A stretch of 64,000 bases of DNA. It comes from Eledone cirrhosa (lineage: Eukaryota). The stretch is from NCBI GenBank assembly GCA_964016885.1, contig OZ024743.1, forward strand, positions 102,052,001 through 102,116,000, read 5' to 3'. This document shows, in pieces, positions 47,614 to 63,049 of the stretch (its first letter is position 1; each line of letters begins with the position of its first letter). The translations under genes were made by a program, and so were the position numbers. The notes beneath the pieces were generated by a model. The model was not told the origin of the DNA. It worked only from the letters and a program-made list of their open reading frames with translations, and did not search any database.

Positions 47614-47970
47614 TATATTAATAAATGGAAACTATATTTATAAAACCATAATTATTTTATTATATATATTTCAAGGCCAACCAAGGTAAATTATGATGCG
47701 CTTTCATCAGATAAAATACAGATTTGTTTTACAAATAAATATTGACATACCCGGAAAAAAGACAACCTCAACGGTTGAAATTCGCTGGATACTCACTATC
47801 CAGCGAATTTCAACCGTTGAGATTGTCTTTTTTCCGGGTATGACTATTTATTTATGAAAAATCTGTATTTTACTTGATGAAAGTGCATCATAATTTACCT
47901 TGGTTGGCCTTGAAATATATATAATAAAATAATTATGGTTTTATAAATATAGTTTCTATTTATTAATATA
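47614..47970. repeat. Long palindrome (~178-bp arms, 5-nt loop 47792-47796) carrying mirrored hammerheads
   Basis: CTCAACGGTTGAAATTCGCTGGATA-ctcac-TATCCAGCGAATTTCAACCGTTGAG. Confidence 0.95.
47654..47717 (-). ncRNA. Hammerhead ribozyme motif, intact core
   Basis: ATTTTAT-CTGATGA-AAG...CTT-GAAA-TATATA-TA-ATAAAAT. Confidence 0.65.
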
Positions 47971-47972
47971 TA

Positions 47973-48017
<45 letters not shown>

Positions 48018-48157
48018 ATACTCAGATATAGACGCAAAATCACAGTAAGGTATATAAGTGCTCTAAACAAGAAACTCGAAGCTTCCGGGTGATTGATATA
48101 GCACTATAACAAATTATATATCACTGATTATGTATTCACTTCTGTGCAACACCCGGT

Positions 48158-48189
<32 letters not shown>

Positions 48190-50209
48190 CTGAGGTACCC
48201 AGCTTCGCCTAGGTTAACAAATGATAAGAGAAGACCGGCAGAAGAGAAAACGTCTGTATTGAATGCATTGTCTTGTTTACAGTGTGTGTGTATTGTGTGT
48301 GTGTATGTGTGAGTGTTCGTGTGCGTGTGTGTGTGTGCGTATATATATGTGTGCGTGTGTGTGCCTGTGTGATTGTTCGTGTGTGTGTGCGTGTGCGTGT
48401 GCGCGTGTGTGTGTGTGTAAACCACCGTTGGAATCGGAGACATAGGCCGCGAAACACGATCATCACTGACAACGAACTCGCAGAGAGAATCCCTTATGCT
48501 TGATTCCCAACCGGACTAGAAATAGCAGTCAGGTTGGTTAGCATACGTGGTATGTCTTTCTTCTTCTTTGGTTTTATAAATTTAGTATCAATAAACTTTC
48601 TTGGATATACTCTTATCCCAATCCTGTACATACTTTCTGATTGTCACTATTCGTTTTTTTTCGTGTGATACGCGAAGGAACCAACCAACAAACATCTCTC
48701 TTTTATATCTCTTTTATTTGTTCATTCAAAATATTTTTCAGCTAATTCTGTCGGACAATATATATCAGCAATCGCTATCTAATGTTTAAAACATATGCAT
48801 AGCTGCGATACATGCACCATATCAATCAAAAACGATATGAGAATTGAATACCATACTAAAGCGACAGTAAACTTGCCAAGAACCTGCAGATAGAATTGTT
48901 AATAAATACATTTGGCTTTGGTAAACTTTAAGATGTTCTTTCATTGTAGGTTTCTTTTCTCAGCCAGAACGTAAAAGAAAATTAATAGTTACAACAATAA
49001 AGGTTGAACAGAGAACACATTTTTTAACAAACTTTACAATAATTTGTACAACCATAATCGAAATTCCAAATAACAGAAAATACATAAATTACATTGTGTA
49101 GAGCCTAAGAGTATTCAATATTTTTTGTTCGGCCCTCGGGAGGCAAGATGAAGAGAATGTTTGGCGAGCTCACTCTAGAGCAAAGGTTCTCAACCCATTT
49201 CGGCCAAACGAAAGCACGAAACACCCCACCCCCCAACGCTATTTTTCCATTTTTCAATATACTACTGATTTTGATATCAGTAGATTACTGGGCCAAATCA
49301 AGTTATGTTAGAATCTTTAAAAAATACTCGCACGAATTAAATACAAAAAAGTTTCAGTCCAAAACAAAAGCAAGCTATTTCAAATTATATATATTTGAAA
49401 AAAAAAAAAAAGATTTAATCTCAGTCGAAAAAGCTTTTTTTTTTAAATTCTATATTTCACTGTTAGCTGTTGTAATATTTTGAGTGGATAGACAATTTTA
49501 CAATTCAAACTGTAAAGTCAAAATATAAAAGATGCAAAATATGAAGAATTTCTTACCTTCCTCTGAAATCACAAACTCAGGGGAAAAATAGTACCTTGCA
49601 AAATAAAATACTTAGTAGCAACGAATGAATTGAGAAGCTTGGTGACAGCGAGAAAGCCATATCTGTATCCCTTATATATATATATATAGATAGATACACA
49701 CACACACATAAAGGTGCACGCGCACACACACACACACACACATACACACACACACAGACACACATTGTGTGTGTGTGCCTTGATTTTGGTACAGAAGAAT
49801 TTGTCTCCAGTTTTTATTGCCAGGTCAAAGGCCACTGCTCATTTCAACAACGCCAATAACAGAGCCATATATATATATATATATATATATAAATGAAGAG
49901 AGAAAGAGGGAACGACAGAAAGAGTAATAAATCTGTGCGTGTGTGTGTTTGGTACTGGTCTATCTCTCTTTCCACGGGGTGTAAAACAACACTGCAGTAA
50001 CGTTCCCCCTATTAGGGATTTCAATTGTTATTTTATTATATATAGTTTATTGTTATTTATTAATGTTAAAGTTATTTTTGTGTAAAACCCCCGCAGTCAC
50101 GTCTTGTAATGTCCGATTTTTGTACGCTCCTGTGACAAATAAAGAAAGATATCTATCTATCTATCTCCAACAGGGGCTCAAACATGGTTGAGCAGACTGA
50201 AAAAAGGAA

Positions 50210-50241
<32 letters not shown>

Positions 50242-50253
50242 ATTATATATATA

Positions 50254-51780
<1,527 letters not shown>

Positions 51781-51810
51781 ATATATATATATATATATAC
51801 ATATATATCA

Positions 51811-52378
51811 GTATGTATACGTACATACATATATGTATACAGACGTACAGTAGTATGTATATACATACATACATGCACACACATATATATATATATATAT
51901 GTACGTATGGGTTTACCGAACATTTAATATAATGCTCGGCTTGTTTGTAAACAAAAAGCCCGAATTATTAGCCGTACAGTGTTCGGCAACTATCGTTGTC
52001 ATTTTCTTCAACACTGACAAAGGAACGATGAACTAATTTCTAGCTTATTAGCTGTCATCAGTACCGTATACCTTCCTGTCAGTTGATTGAACGTTTGAAA
52101 GTATATACTTTCCTTATGCATATTAACGGTTGAGGAGCCTAATTTGCATATCGAGTGAGTTAGTCGGCCGGGCGTACCGAAAACGATAAATGAAAAAAAT
52201 GAAATTTCATTTCACACTCTTAATACGGGTGAAACTTAAATATAAGTATGTATACGTACATACATATATATATACAGACGTACAGTAGTATGCATATACA
52301 TACATACATGCACATATATATATATATGTACGTATGGGTTTACCGAACATTTATTATAATGCTCAGTTTGTTTGTAAA
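51811..52378 (-). mobile_element. ORF-less 435-bp hammerhead unit with terminal direct repeat (same family as 55997-57150)
   Basis: GTATGTATACGTACATAC...CAGACGTACAGTAG at 51811 and 52246; CTGATGA motif at 52024-52067 (minus). Confidence 0.75.
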
Positions 52379-52457
52379 TATATATATATATATACATATA
52401 TATGGTGACGAGTTGGCAGCCACCATATATGCATATATATATATATCTATATATATA

Positions 52458-53342
52458 TGTGGGAAAGTAAAAAATCGGAGAATAGACCGTTAAAACATGT
52501 TTATTTAAAACAGCACCTACGTACGTTTCGCCCAGTTGGGCATCTCAAGGGCATAAATAATCAAAAGTGTTCCTTATATTGCTCGGAATAATCCACATCA
52601 AGGTTCATTGCTCGCAAAAATATGTTGTTTATATTTTGCAGCAGGTCAAGGGAGGTAACTCTGGCCGGTGTTAGGGCAGTCTTTCCCGGACAAATTCTTT
52701 TTTTTTGTTTTTTTTTTGCCGCATCTGTTTGTCTGAGGCTGGGTCTGGTATGCAATGATTGTTTCCTGGGTGTTATTTTGCAGCGCCTGCCCGCCGGGGT
52801 GTTAAGACAGTTGCAGGGAGATCCGTTGTACGGTTTCACTCCTCATCCTTAACCCATCTGAAGAAGGATATTTTTAAGCGATGTGTACAACTTATCGCTG
52901 TTTCAGCTCTGCTGTTGATGAGCTCGTGGGGTGCAGTTATGATGTGGTAGAGCTCCACGAGGCAAAGATCGCAATTCCTTTTGAGGTTGTACGTTGCAGC
53001 ACTACCGACAATCTCCCAGTGCGTGGAGAAGCTGATGTTTAAGTCCTTTAGTGATGTGATGTATTCCGCGAGCGAAGTGGAGTGCCTTAGTTTTCTATTT
53101 GTGAAAGAGTGGAGATGTGTTCGAAACCTAATTTTGAACGGGCCGGAGGTAGCCCCTATATAATGTTTAACGCTATTGTGGCTAGTTATAGTGCATCTAT
53201 ATATAACCTTATCAGTCAAGCAGTATCCTCTAAGGGGGCAGCGTCCTCTGTCGCGGCAGTTGCAATTTGTGTCGCGGTTCAGTCTATTTCCCACGGTAAG
53301 GCTATAATTGTTGCTGCCTACGTTGTTACCTACGCTACCGAG
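52458..53342 (-). mobile_element. 5'-truncated Naiad-type Penelope-like element with 3' hammerhead-like motif (52515-52552) and AATAAA (52500-52505)
   Basis: GIY-YIG ORF, then gcc-CTTGAGA-T-GCCC-AACT-GGGC-GAAA-CGTACG-TA-ggt; flanked by (TA)n. Confidence 0.85.
52836..53294 (-). CDS. Penelope-like (Naiad-type) GIY-YIG endonuclease, C-terminal fragment
   Basis: CNCR..CPL..C, VIY...YIG, FKIRF..H..SF, TSLAEY, CDLC..E, C.H motifs. Confidence 0.9.
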   Translation of the reverse strand: MGNRLNRDTNCNCRDRGRCPLRGYCLTDKVIYRCTITSHNSVKHYIGATSGPFKIRFRTHLHSFTNRKLRHSTSLAEYITSLKDLNISFSTHWEIVGSAATYNLKRNCDLCLVELYHIITAPHELINSRAETAISCTHRLKISFFRWVKDEE

Positions 53343-53384
<42 letters not shown>

Positions 53385-53518
53385 TAAACGGAATAGAAAA
53401 TGGTGACAAATTGTTCACAGTGAAAAATAGTTTAATTAGGAATAAGTGATAATTAGTAATAGTATTGGTTAGTATTAATTTTTGCTTTTAAGTTTTACCG
53501 GTTGCGCATGTCTCTCTC

Positions 53519-53672
<154 letters not shown>

Positions 53673-53681
53673 TACATATAC

Positions 53682-53712
<31 letters not shown>

Positions 53713-53761
53713 ATGTAGGAGGTGAGTTTTATTGTAGTACAATAAAGCATTAAAGCATTAC

Positions 53762-54912
53762 CATAAAAACAATGAGAACCTAAATTATGTTAATTTTAAA
53801 TCTAACCATCCTACCAATATCAATAATGCTATAGTTAGTAATATTGGAAAAAGAATATCTAACATATCTTCTAATAAAACATCTTTGATGCTAACGCCAA
53901 TTACTATAATAACGCACTTTCTAAAGCCGGCTATCCAGATAAAATCAAATATAGTAATGAAACAAATTCTAGAAAAACTTACAGTAGAATAATTAATCAT
54001 GATCATTCCAATAATTTTAATAAAAGACCTAGATACAAAAACATAATCTGTTATAATGCTCCTTTCTCCATCTCTATTAATAACAATATTCCTAAATTAT
54101 TTTTTAGTGCCTTAAATAAATGCTTCCCTCCCTCACATATCTATAGTAAAATATTTAACAAACACACCATCAAATTTTCTTATTCTACATCCTCCAATAT
54201 TTCCAACATCATCTCTAAACACAACAATAAAATACTAAATACTAAATCTCTTCCTTCCAACATTGAATTTCATAATAACAGTAATAGTACTCCCGACGTC
54301 ATTGTAAACCCTAGGCTAACTTCTGCAAATCCAAATACAACGTCAAACACAACTTCGCTAAATGTTCATAATCCAACTCTAAATCAAGAAACTATTATTC
54401 CTATTATTCCTATCGCAAACAACTTCTCCAATCCAATTCCTTCTATAGATAACACTAGGTCACTCATTAATAATCTCTCTAATTGCAACTGCCGCATTAA
54501 AAATAAATGTCCTCTCAACAACCATTGTCTTGATAAAAACTTAATTCATGAATGTAAAGTTATAACTAGCACCAATTCCTTCACCTATTTTGGCTCCACT
54601 TCCACCTCTTTTAAAGCTCGTCTCTATAATCACCATTCATCTTTTAAATACAAACTTAAAAGAACCAACACGGCTCTCTCAGAACTCATATGGTCCTTGA
54701 AAGACAAAAACATTAAATATACCATCTTTTGGAAGAAGATTTCTTCTGCATCCTCATACTTGAACAGCTCTCTATCGAAAATCTGTAATCTCTGCCTAAA
54801 TGAAAAATTTACCATTATCTCTAATCTAGATTCTATAATAAATAGACGTACAGATTTGTTTTCTATCTGCCTGCATAAATTCCATAGGACTTTTCACAAA
54901 GTATACAGCTAA
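53762..54912 (+). pseudogene. Penelope-like RT thumb, linker and GIY-YIG; one frameshift near 53880, then open 53881-54912
   Basis: [17 protein letters not shown] / ALSKAGY / NIICYNAPFS / CNCRIKNKCPL..C / YFGST..FKARLYNH / CNLCLNEK / CLH. Confidence 0.9.
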
Positions 54913-55856
54913 TATTCAATTCTTTATCAATTTAGAATCTTTTCTCAAAGGCACATATACATACACCTCTTTAAAATATACCCATCTTCCTACCTTACTT
55001 CAAAGGGCATTATACACTCTATAATACTTGTTTACTCATTACCCTCATTCTATCTTCACCTTGTAAAATCCTTCATAACATATACATTTGTTTTTTGACG
55101 TTAGAATATTCATCCGCAATTATTATTATTTTTTCTCTCTATCATAAAACTTTTTAATCTCAATTTCATCCGTAACTTATTATTTTTTTCTCCCCATCAA
55201 CGAACTCATTCTTAATACATATTAACTCTTTCTTCGCACATATTATCAACTCCTTCACTATACAAACCTTAACTTCACATTATTTTTCTCAAATCATCTA
55301 ATACACAAACCTTAATAATTTTTTAATACATATTAACTCTTTCTTCGCACATATTATCAATTCCTTCAATATACAAACTTTAACTTCACATTATTTTTCT
55401 CAAATCCTTCTACACACAAACCTTAATAATTTTTTCTCTTCGTTAATTTTGAAATTGCCACAATACTTATCAACATACACCTTTTTGACGTTAGAATATT
55501 CATCCGCAATTATTATTTTTTCTCTCTATCTTCATACATAAACTGCCTCTCTTTCCTCGTGCATATTTTTCCCTTCGTTAATTTTCAAATTCTTTTAATT
55601 TATACATTATCTTCCAACGGTTCTCAACCTCTCTATGTAAAACAATATATCTTTTCTCAGTTATAAAAACTATCTCTTTCTCTCTATCACCCATCTCTCC
55701 CACTCTACCTTCACTCTCATCTCCTCCCCTTTTTCACCCCCCCTCTCTAAATAAAATATTTTTCCCAATATCACACATCAATCTAAAACCACTTTTCATA
55801 TGTTGATTTAAAACTGCACTATCCACAAGTGTTTTTTAGCCTTCATATCATGTTCT

Positions 55857-55925
55857 GTTTTATCTGATGAAAACACAAATATTATTGCATGATGATGTTT
55901 GTTTTTGAAATGCGCATAATAAAAT
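55857..55925 (+). ncRNA. Hammerhead ribozyme, intact core
   Basis: GTTTTAT-CTGATGA-[AT-rich stem II]-GAAA-TGCGCA-TA-ATAAAAT; predicted cut after 55918. Confidence 0.75.
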
Positions 55926-55956
55926 ACATGGAACTCCTTTAACCATCTTTTGATCT

Positions 55957-57193
<1,237 letters not shown>

Positions 57194-57194
57194 C

Positions 57195-57336
<142 letters not shown>

Positions 57337-57821
57337 AAACAAAAAAGAGGGTGTCGTAGGATACCAGGTGGACCATAACGTACCAGAGTACTCAATATTT
57401 AGGGTAGTACACTGCGTAGTATGAAAAGAGTCGTATCAGCATGTTGCAACCGCAAACTGTAAACAGTTTTTTTCTAAGGTTATGGAAGGTTAGAATAGTC
57501 AGAATTATTTAACGGTGCTTTTCATAATAGTTGTGCTATTCTAATGTTAATATAATCTATGTCTGTCATTAGTGCAACTATATTAGTTTTACTGAAGTTA
57601 TAATCTAATTTATTCCCAGTTCATAGTTTTTTCAGCGTTAATGTTATGAAATCTATGGAACCAAGTAAGGGCTAAAATTATTTAGGGTGTATCAGCGTTT
57701 ATTTTATTAGGTTACTTATATGTACCAGTTTGCTTTACAAGATATATGCAGAAAGAAACTAATCCTGTTCGTACATGAGGTCAAATCATATACGTACAGA
57801 TACCTATGTATGCATACGCTT

Positions 57822-57937
<116 letters not shown>

Positions 57938-58468
57938 ACACACAGACACACACACACATATATATATATATATATGTGTGTGTGTCTATGTGTTAGATTT
58001 TGTATGCTTTCACCCTAATTTAAGATGTTGCCAAACATATCATATTGAACAAAGGGTATATCTGACAAGAATATTATTAAATATAAATGATTCTATATTA
58101 AGCTTATTTATATTATATTGCTAGAGGGAAAAACCTTTATCCATTGATATTTAAATTTTCCGAATAATGAAATACTTATAACACATGTGTAATATTTATA
58201 GAAATTTTTAATGAAATTCGAATTATAATTTCGTAGCGACCTAAAAGCATCGGTTTCATCCATCCCCCTCTCGTTTCTCCATTCATTTCTGAGTTATATT
58301 CGTGATATTGTTTTCGTTTTTCTCAATTCGACTATTTATGGACATCTAAAAATGAAATTCCTCTGGGGCGTCTTGGTCTATTAGAATATGGAGACGGATC
58401 ACAATAACTGATTTAGAAATGGAATATGTAAAAAAGTATTTCTTACCTATTATATATATATATATATA

Positions 58469-59150
58469 CATTTTGAAGACCATACGCTATTGTTTTAAAG
58501 TAGCGACATTGTCGCTTACTTAAATTTTCGGCAGACAGGGGGAGATAAGTTGACAGCGCTGTTTCGTACTAATTGGTATTTGTCAAAACTCAGTACTCTC
58601 CCCGTCTGCCGAAAATTATGTGTGTTGGATTCTTATAGAATTCCTGTAACAATAAGGAACCGATTTTACAAAGCGGTCGCCGGCCCATCAAAAATTGAAA
58701 ATTAGAATGTCGCTACTTTAAAACGATAGCGTATGGTCTTCAAAATGCTTTTAATTAAGCATACAGTGTATTGCAAAATACACTATATATACATTCATAT
58801 ATATATATCGCTATTTCAGAGCACCAATTCTAATTTTCAATTTCTGCTGGGCCGGCGACCGCTCTGTAAAATCAGTTCCTCATTGTTACTGGAATTCTAT
58901 AAGAATCTGACACACATAATTTTCGGCAGACGGGGAGAGTACTGAGTTTTGACAAGTACCAATTAGTATGAAACGGCGGTGTCAACGTACCTCCCCCTGT
59001 CTGCCGAAAATTTAAGTAAGCGACAATGTCGCTACTTTAAAACAGTAGCGTATGGTCTTCAAAATGCTTTTAATTAAGGATAAAGTGTATTGCAAAATAC
59101 ACTATATATACATTCATATATATATCGCTATTTCAGAGCACCAATTCTAA
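58469..59150. mobile_element. Retrozyme-like element: 319-bp unit in ~1.4 tandem copies (58709-59150) plus inverted copy (58469-58708), within (TA)n
   Basis: GTCGCTACTTTAAAAC at 58709 and 59028; mirrored homology upstream. Confidence 0.85.
58920..59010 (+). ncRNA. Hammerhead ribozyme, U3-A8 variant with extended bulged stem I (mirror 58525-58615, minus)
   Basis: gtt-TTGACAA-GTAC-CAATTA-GTAY-GAAA-[CAGCGCTG in the mirror copy]-TC-aac inside TTTTCGGCAGAC/GTCTGCCGAAAA. Confidence 0.75.
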
Positions 59151-59154
59151 TATA

Positions 59155-59236
<82 letters not shown>

Positions 59237-59572
59237 TATGTAAAAGGTAAACAGAAATAACAACACAATCGGTACAGTATATGGAAGGTATATATTAGGT
59301 TAACGTTTGATATAGCAGGAAGAAGGTCTTAACGTTTCGGACGCTAGTTTCTTCATCAGAAGAAAGAATGAGAAATAAAATAGATTGATGGGACGGGCGG
59401 GATGAAATTGAAAAAAGTGTCTTTTCATAAAAATAACAGGTCTATTCATCTTGACGAAGGACTAGCGTCCGAAACATTAAGACCCTCTTCCTGCTATATC
59501 AAGCGCTAACCTAATATATACCTTCCATATACTGTACGGATTGTATTGTTATTCCTGTTTACCTTTTACATA
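59237..59572. repeat. Inverted repeat (~125-bp arms) with mirrored minimal hammerhead motifs, flanked by (TA)n
   Basis: Consensus tctt-CTGATGA-A-GGAC-TAGC-GTCC-GAAA-CG-TT-aaga. Confidence 0.85.
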
Positions 59573-59872
59573 CATATATATATATATATCAACGCTTACG
59601 CGGACCTCTCAAAATTTCGTTGGATTTTATGATTGGACTCTCACCTCGAAACTGGATTACAACCCGGAGTACACCTGAACTTCCTCCAGGAAATCTTTCG
59701 TATCTTTGAAATTTTCTTTGCTTCTTATATATATATGTATATATATGATGCGAGACAAAGCACAACATACACACAAACCCTCTATCTCATAAGAACTGTG
59801 AAACCGGTAAAGTAAATAAATATTCTTAAAAGCCTCCAGTTGCATTTTCAATTTCTTTTCCTCATATATATA

Positions 59873-60819
59873 ACTAGCAGTAAAGCCCGGCGTTGCTCGG
59901 GGTCGCTCAGTAGCTGTGTTAAAGTTACAATGTTAAGTTTCTTTCTTGGCTTAAAAACTGTAGTGTCTACTGTGCAGACTTGCATGTGGTGTTTTTGATT
60001 AATATTCCCTCAACCAACAATATGCCTTATGAAGTTAAGAAAACATAACGATAACCCGAATGTTATAACAAAAGAGGATGCTGGGGATAGAAACTGCACT
60101 GGTTATTTATTAACAAAGATCGAAAATGTAAACACTGCAACGCAGAGAAAAACATTAGCTTAACCAAATTATCAGTTATGTCTGTCTGCACGCCTATATC
60201 ACCTCTCTGCACGACTGTCTGTCTGCACGCCTATATCACCTCTCTGCACGACTGTCTGTCTGCACGCCTATATCACCTCGCTGCACGACTGTCTGTCTGC
60301 ACGCCTATATCACCTCTCTGCACGACTGTCTGTCTGCACGCGTATATCACCTCTCTGCACGACTGTCTGTCTGCACGACTGTCTGTCTGCACGCCTAACG
60401 ACGAAATATTTGCTTGTTTTACGTAGTCTTTAAATAGACTTGTTTTCAAGTAAAAATATTGTTTTAAAATGCTTTTAAATGGAAATGAAGCAAAACGGAA
60501 GCTTAGTGTTCGAACTGTTCGTGTATTGTGTTAATGTCATTTTAAACGCTGAGAAAGCCAGCGTAATTTTTTACGTAAGACGCTCAATGTAAACAGAACA
60601 AAGGGAAATAACTGATAACTTACGCTCAAAAATCGATACATTATATTCGATTTCGTCACATAGGGTGGGTCAATTTGAAATTTCTTTTTTCCGATGTCTT
60701 CGCTAGGGCTCAATGTACAAGTATAGCAATTTCGGTGCAATTCCGTGAGAGATTCTAAGAGGAGATGTGTGCCAAAAATCGATAGACAGACAGACAACCA
60801 CAGTTTTATATATATAGAT
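59873..60819 (+). mobile_element. Helentron/HINE-like non-autonomous element
   Basis: Starts ACTAGCAGTAAAGCCCGGCGTTGCTCGGGG; ends AGACAGACAGAC...TTTTATATATATAGAT. Confidence 0.65.
60181..60396. repeat. 37-bp minisatellite, 5 full copies plus partial
   Basis: TCTGTCTGCACGCCTATATCACCTCTCTGCACGACTG. Confidence 0.95.
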
Positions 60820-61214
60820 TGACAGTAGTATAATCGAGATATTTATATACAATGAACGTATGGGTAGCCTCACTAACAAAGAAGAATATGTTTCGCTCCG
60901 AAATGACAGTGCTTTTTGATAATATCTGAGAGCACTATTTCAAGATTTCATATACACATCTATTATGCTTAAGTGAGTATCTCCATATTTCATACGCACA
61001 AACCATATAGGCTTTACACTATTCTCGTCTCAGTTTCGATTAATTAAATATTATCTCCGACAGATACAATTCCAGAAACAGCTCTCTGCCATTCTAATCG
61101 GCTACTAAGATAGATATCCGATGCTTTAGTTTTGCAAAACATAATCCACTTTCTGCGGTTCATATGAATATTACTAGCATCAATGACCGTTTCTCATTTG
61201 AAATAATACTTTCA

Positions 61215-61420
61215 AGCATTGGCACGAGGTCGGCAATTTGGAGAGAGGGTAAAATCGATTATCTCAACACTATTACTTCACTGGTATTTTATGTTATCAT
61301 TCCCGGAAAAATGAAAGGCTAAGTGCACTTAGACAGTATTATAACCCAGAACGTAGAAACCATAACTAAACATCGAGAAGCATTTCGTCCAATGCTCTAC
61401 CGGCACTACCAACTCACTGT
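61215..61420 (-). mobile_element. Old, diverged tRNA-derived SINE
   Basis: GGCACGAGG...CTGGTA.TTTAT.TTATC...ATGAAAGG. Confidence 0.6.
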
Positions 61421-61971
61421 CCTTTTCTAATTTAAAATAATCATTTTTAATTCTCGGCCGCATTAATAATGCGAAACAAATACATTACCTTCGTAACATT
61501 TTACTAATATTTAAAATCCTTTTCGTGTTTGTTATTTGCCCGGACATAAGAGAGACACGTTTTCAATAGATGCATATATGATTAGAAATTTAAATAAAAA
61601 AATAACAATAAATATAACACAATAATAATGAATGAAGTCAAAATAATGTCTGCATCTGACACAAAACGATTATTTTATTCACTAAATGTATGAACAAATA
61701 CTTTTAAATATAATTGTCTCATTTTTATATTATTTTCATCTGACACATGTTTCGTCAGCATCTTAAGATATTGATGTTAGATTGTGCATTTAACACTATA
61801 TAAATGGCAACAAAGATTTACTAATGAATTGGCGCCATACTTGTGTTCGAGCTATGTATCATATATTTCAGCTGATTGATATTTGAGGTTTGCAGATGGG
61901 CAATCACATTTAACGAGACACGAGTACAAGTTGTCCGAGATATATGATAAATACTGCACCAATATATATAT

Positions 61972-62230
61972 ATGTGTAAACGTAAGGGCGACAGAAGGGA
62001 ATATAGGCAATTTAAGGGTTAAAGAGGCCATTATTACCAGCCGAATAAAACCAAGGATAAATATTTGATCTTAAATGCACGAAGCAGAATGGTTACTGTA
62101 ACGACCACGCGCATGCGTTCCATAGACATATAGGTCAGGAAGGGAAGAACACTTCGACCGTTCGTTTTTTTTTTTTGAGCTGTTTCAGCTTCGAATCTGA
62201 AAAGAGGTTATAGTCCTGAAATATCATGCT
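61972..62230 (+). pseudogene. GIY-YIG C-terminal remnant related to the 50618 ORF, followed by a degenerate hammerhead-like motif (62195-62227)
   Basis: VNVRATEGNIGNLRVKEAIITSRIKPRIN aligns with VTVLATERSIGSLRIKEALVIKNLRPPLN. Confidence 0.7.
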
Positions 62231-62422
62231 AAATTACATTGGGTAACACATTACTTGTCTTTTGTTATATTTGTCATCATTTGCCCTTCGTATTTTCCTA
62301 CTGCAGACCCATGTCGTCAACGAATTCAGCATCTTAGCCTTAACTTTCCTGCTTTGAGTCTGGTATTCTCTAGTGCAAGGCGCATACAATAATCCACTGC
62401 AATGATCAAAAGGAATATAACC

Positions 62423-63049
62423 AATTATCAAGGATGTGTATATAAGCATAGATATACATATAAAGGTATCCATCAGCTACAATTTTAGCTGAATGAGTTA
62501 TAAATTCAAAGTAGGAAAAGCAAGTGAGATACAAATATTAACTTTCTTATTATAAAAATCCAGATGACGGTTTCGCCTCGTAAGATCAATTTAGGATAAT
62601 CTAATAAGTTAAGACATAGAAAAGTGACAGAATATCGATTCATCATGAGATCTAGTTGGATCGAGAGATATCTTCAAGTAACAATTACGTATGAAGTTAA
62701 TTGAAACGAAAAAAAAGTGTCACGTGTTCGGCACTCAGTTTAAAGGGGAGTAATAGATAGATAGTCGACGCATACGAAAGATTGTTAGAAATAGTTCACC
62801 TTCAAGCCTAGTTTTACTCGACCACAGGGGAGTATAAAGTGTTCTCTCAATTTTCAATATCCTTAAATTAGATTATCTTAAATTGATCTCACAAGGCGAA
62901 ACCGTAGTTGGGAATTTTGTAATAAGAAAGTAAATATTTTTATCTCACTTGCTTTTCCCACTTCAAATTATAACTCCTTGAGCTAAAATCGTAACTAATG
63001 GATACCTTTTATATATATATCTATGCTTATATATATTTCTTCGATAATT
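62423..63049. repeat. Diverged inverted repeat, ~180-bp arms (62423-62605 / 62867-63049)
   Basis: GGAAAAGCAAGTGAGATA mirrored by TATCTCACTTGCTTTTCC; both arms contain AGGC-GAAA-CCGT. Confidence 0.85.

Larger units (their letters stand above)
53714..55954 (+). mobile_element. 5'-truncated Naiad-type Penelope-like element with ~1-kb 3' UTR and terminal hammerhead, inserted in (TA)n
   Basis: Thumb, linker and GIY-YIG coding remnant; internal UTR duplications; hammerhead at 55857-55925. Confidence 0.9.

Noticed and set aside
60181-60396. CRISPR-like array (37-bp repeats)
   Set aside because: Head-to-tail repeats without unique spacers, no cas genes, eukaryotic context
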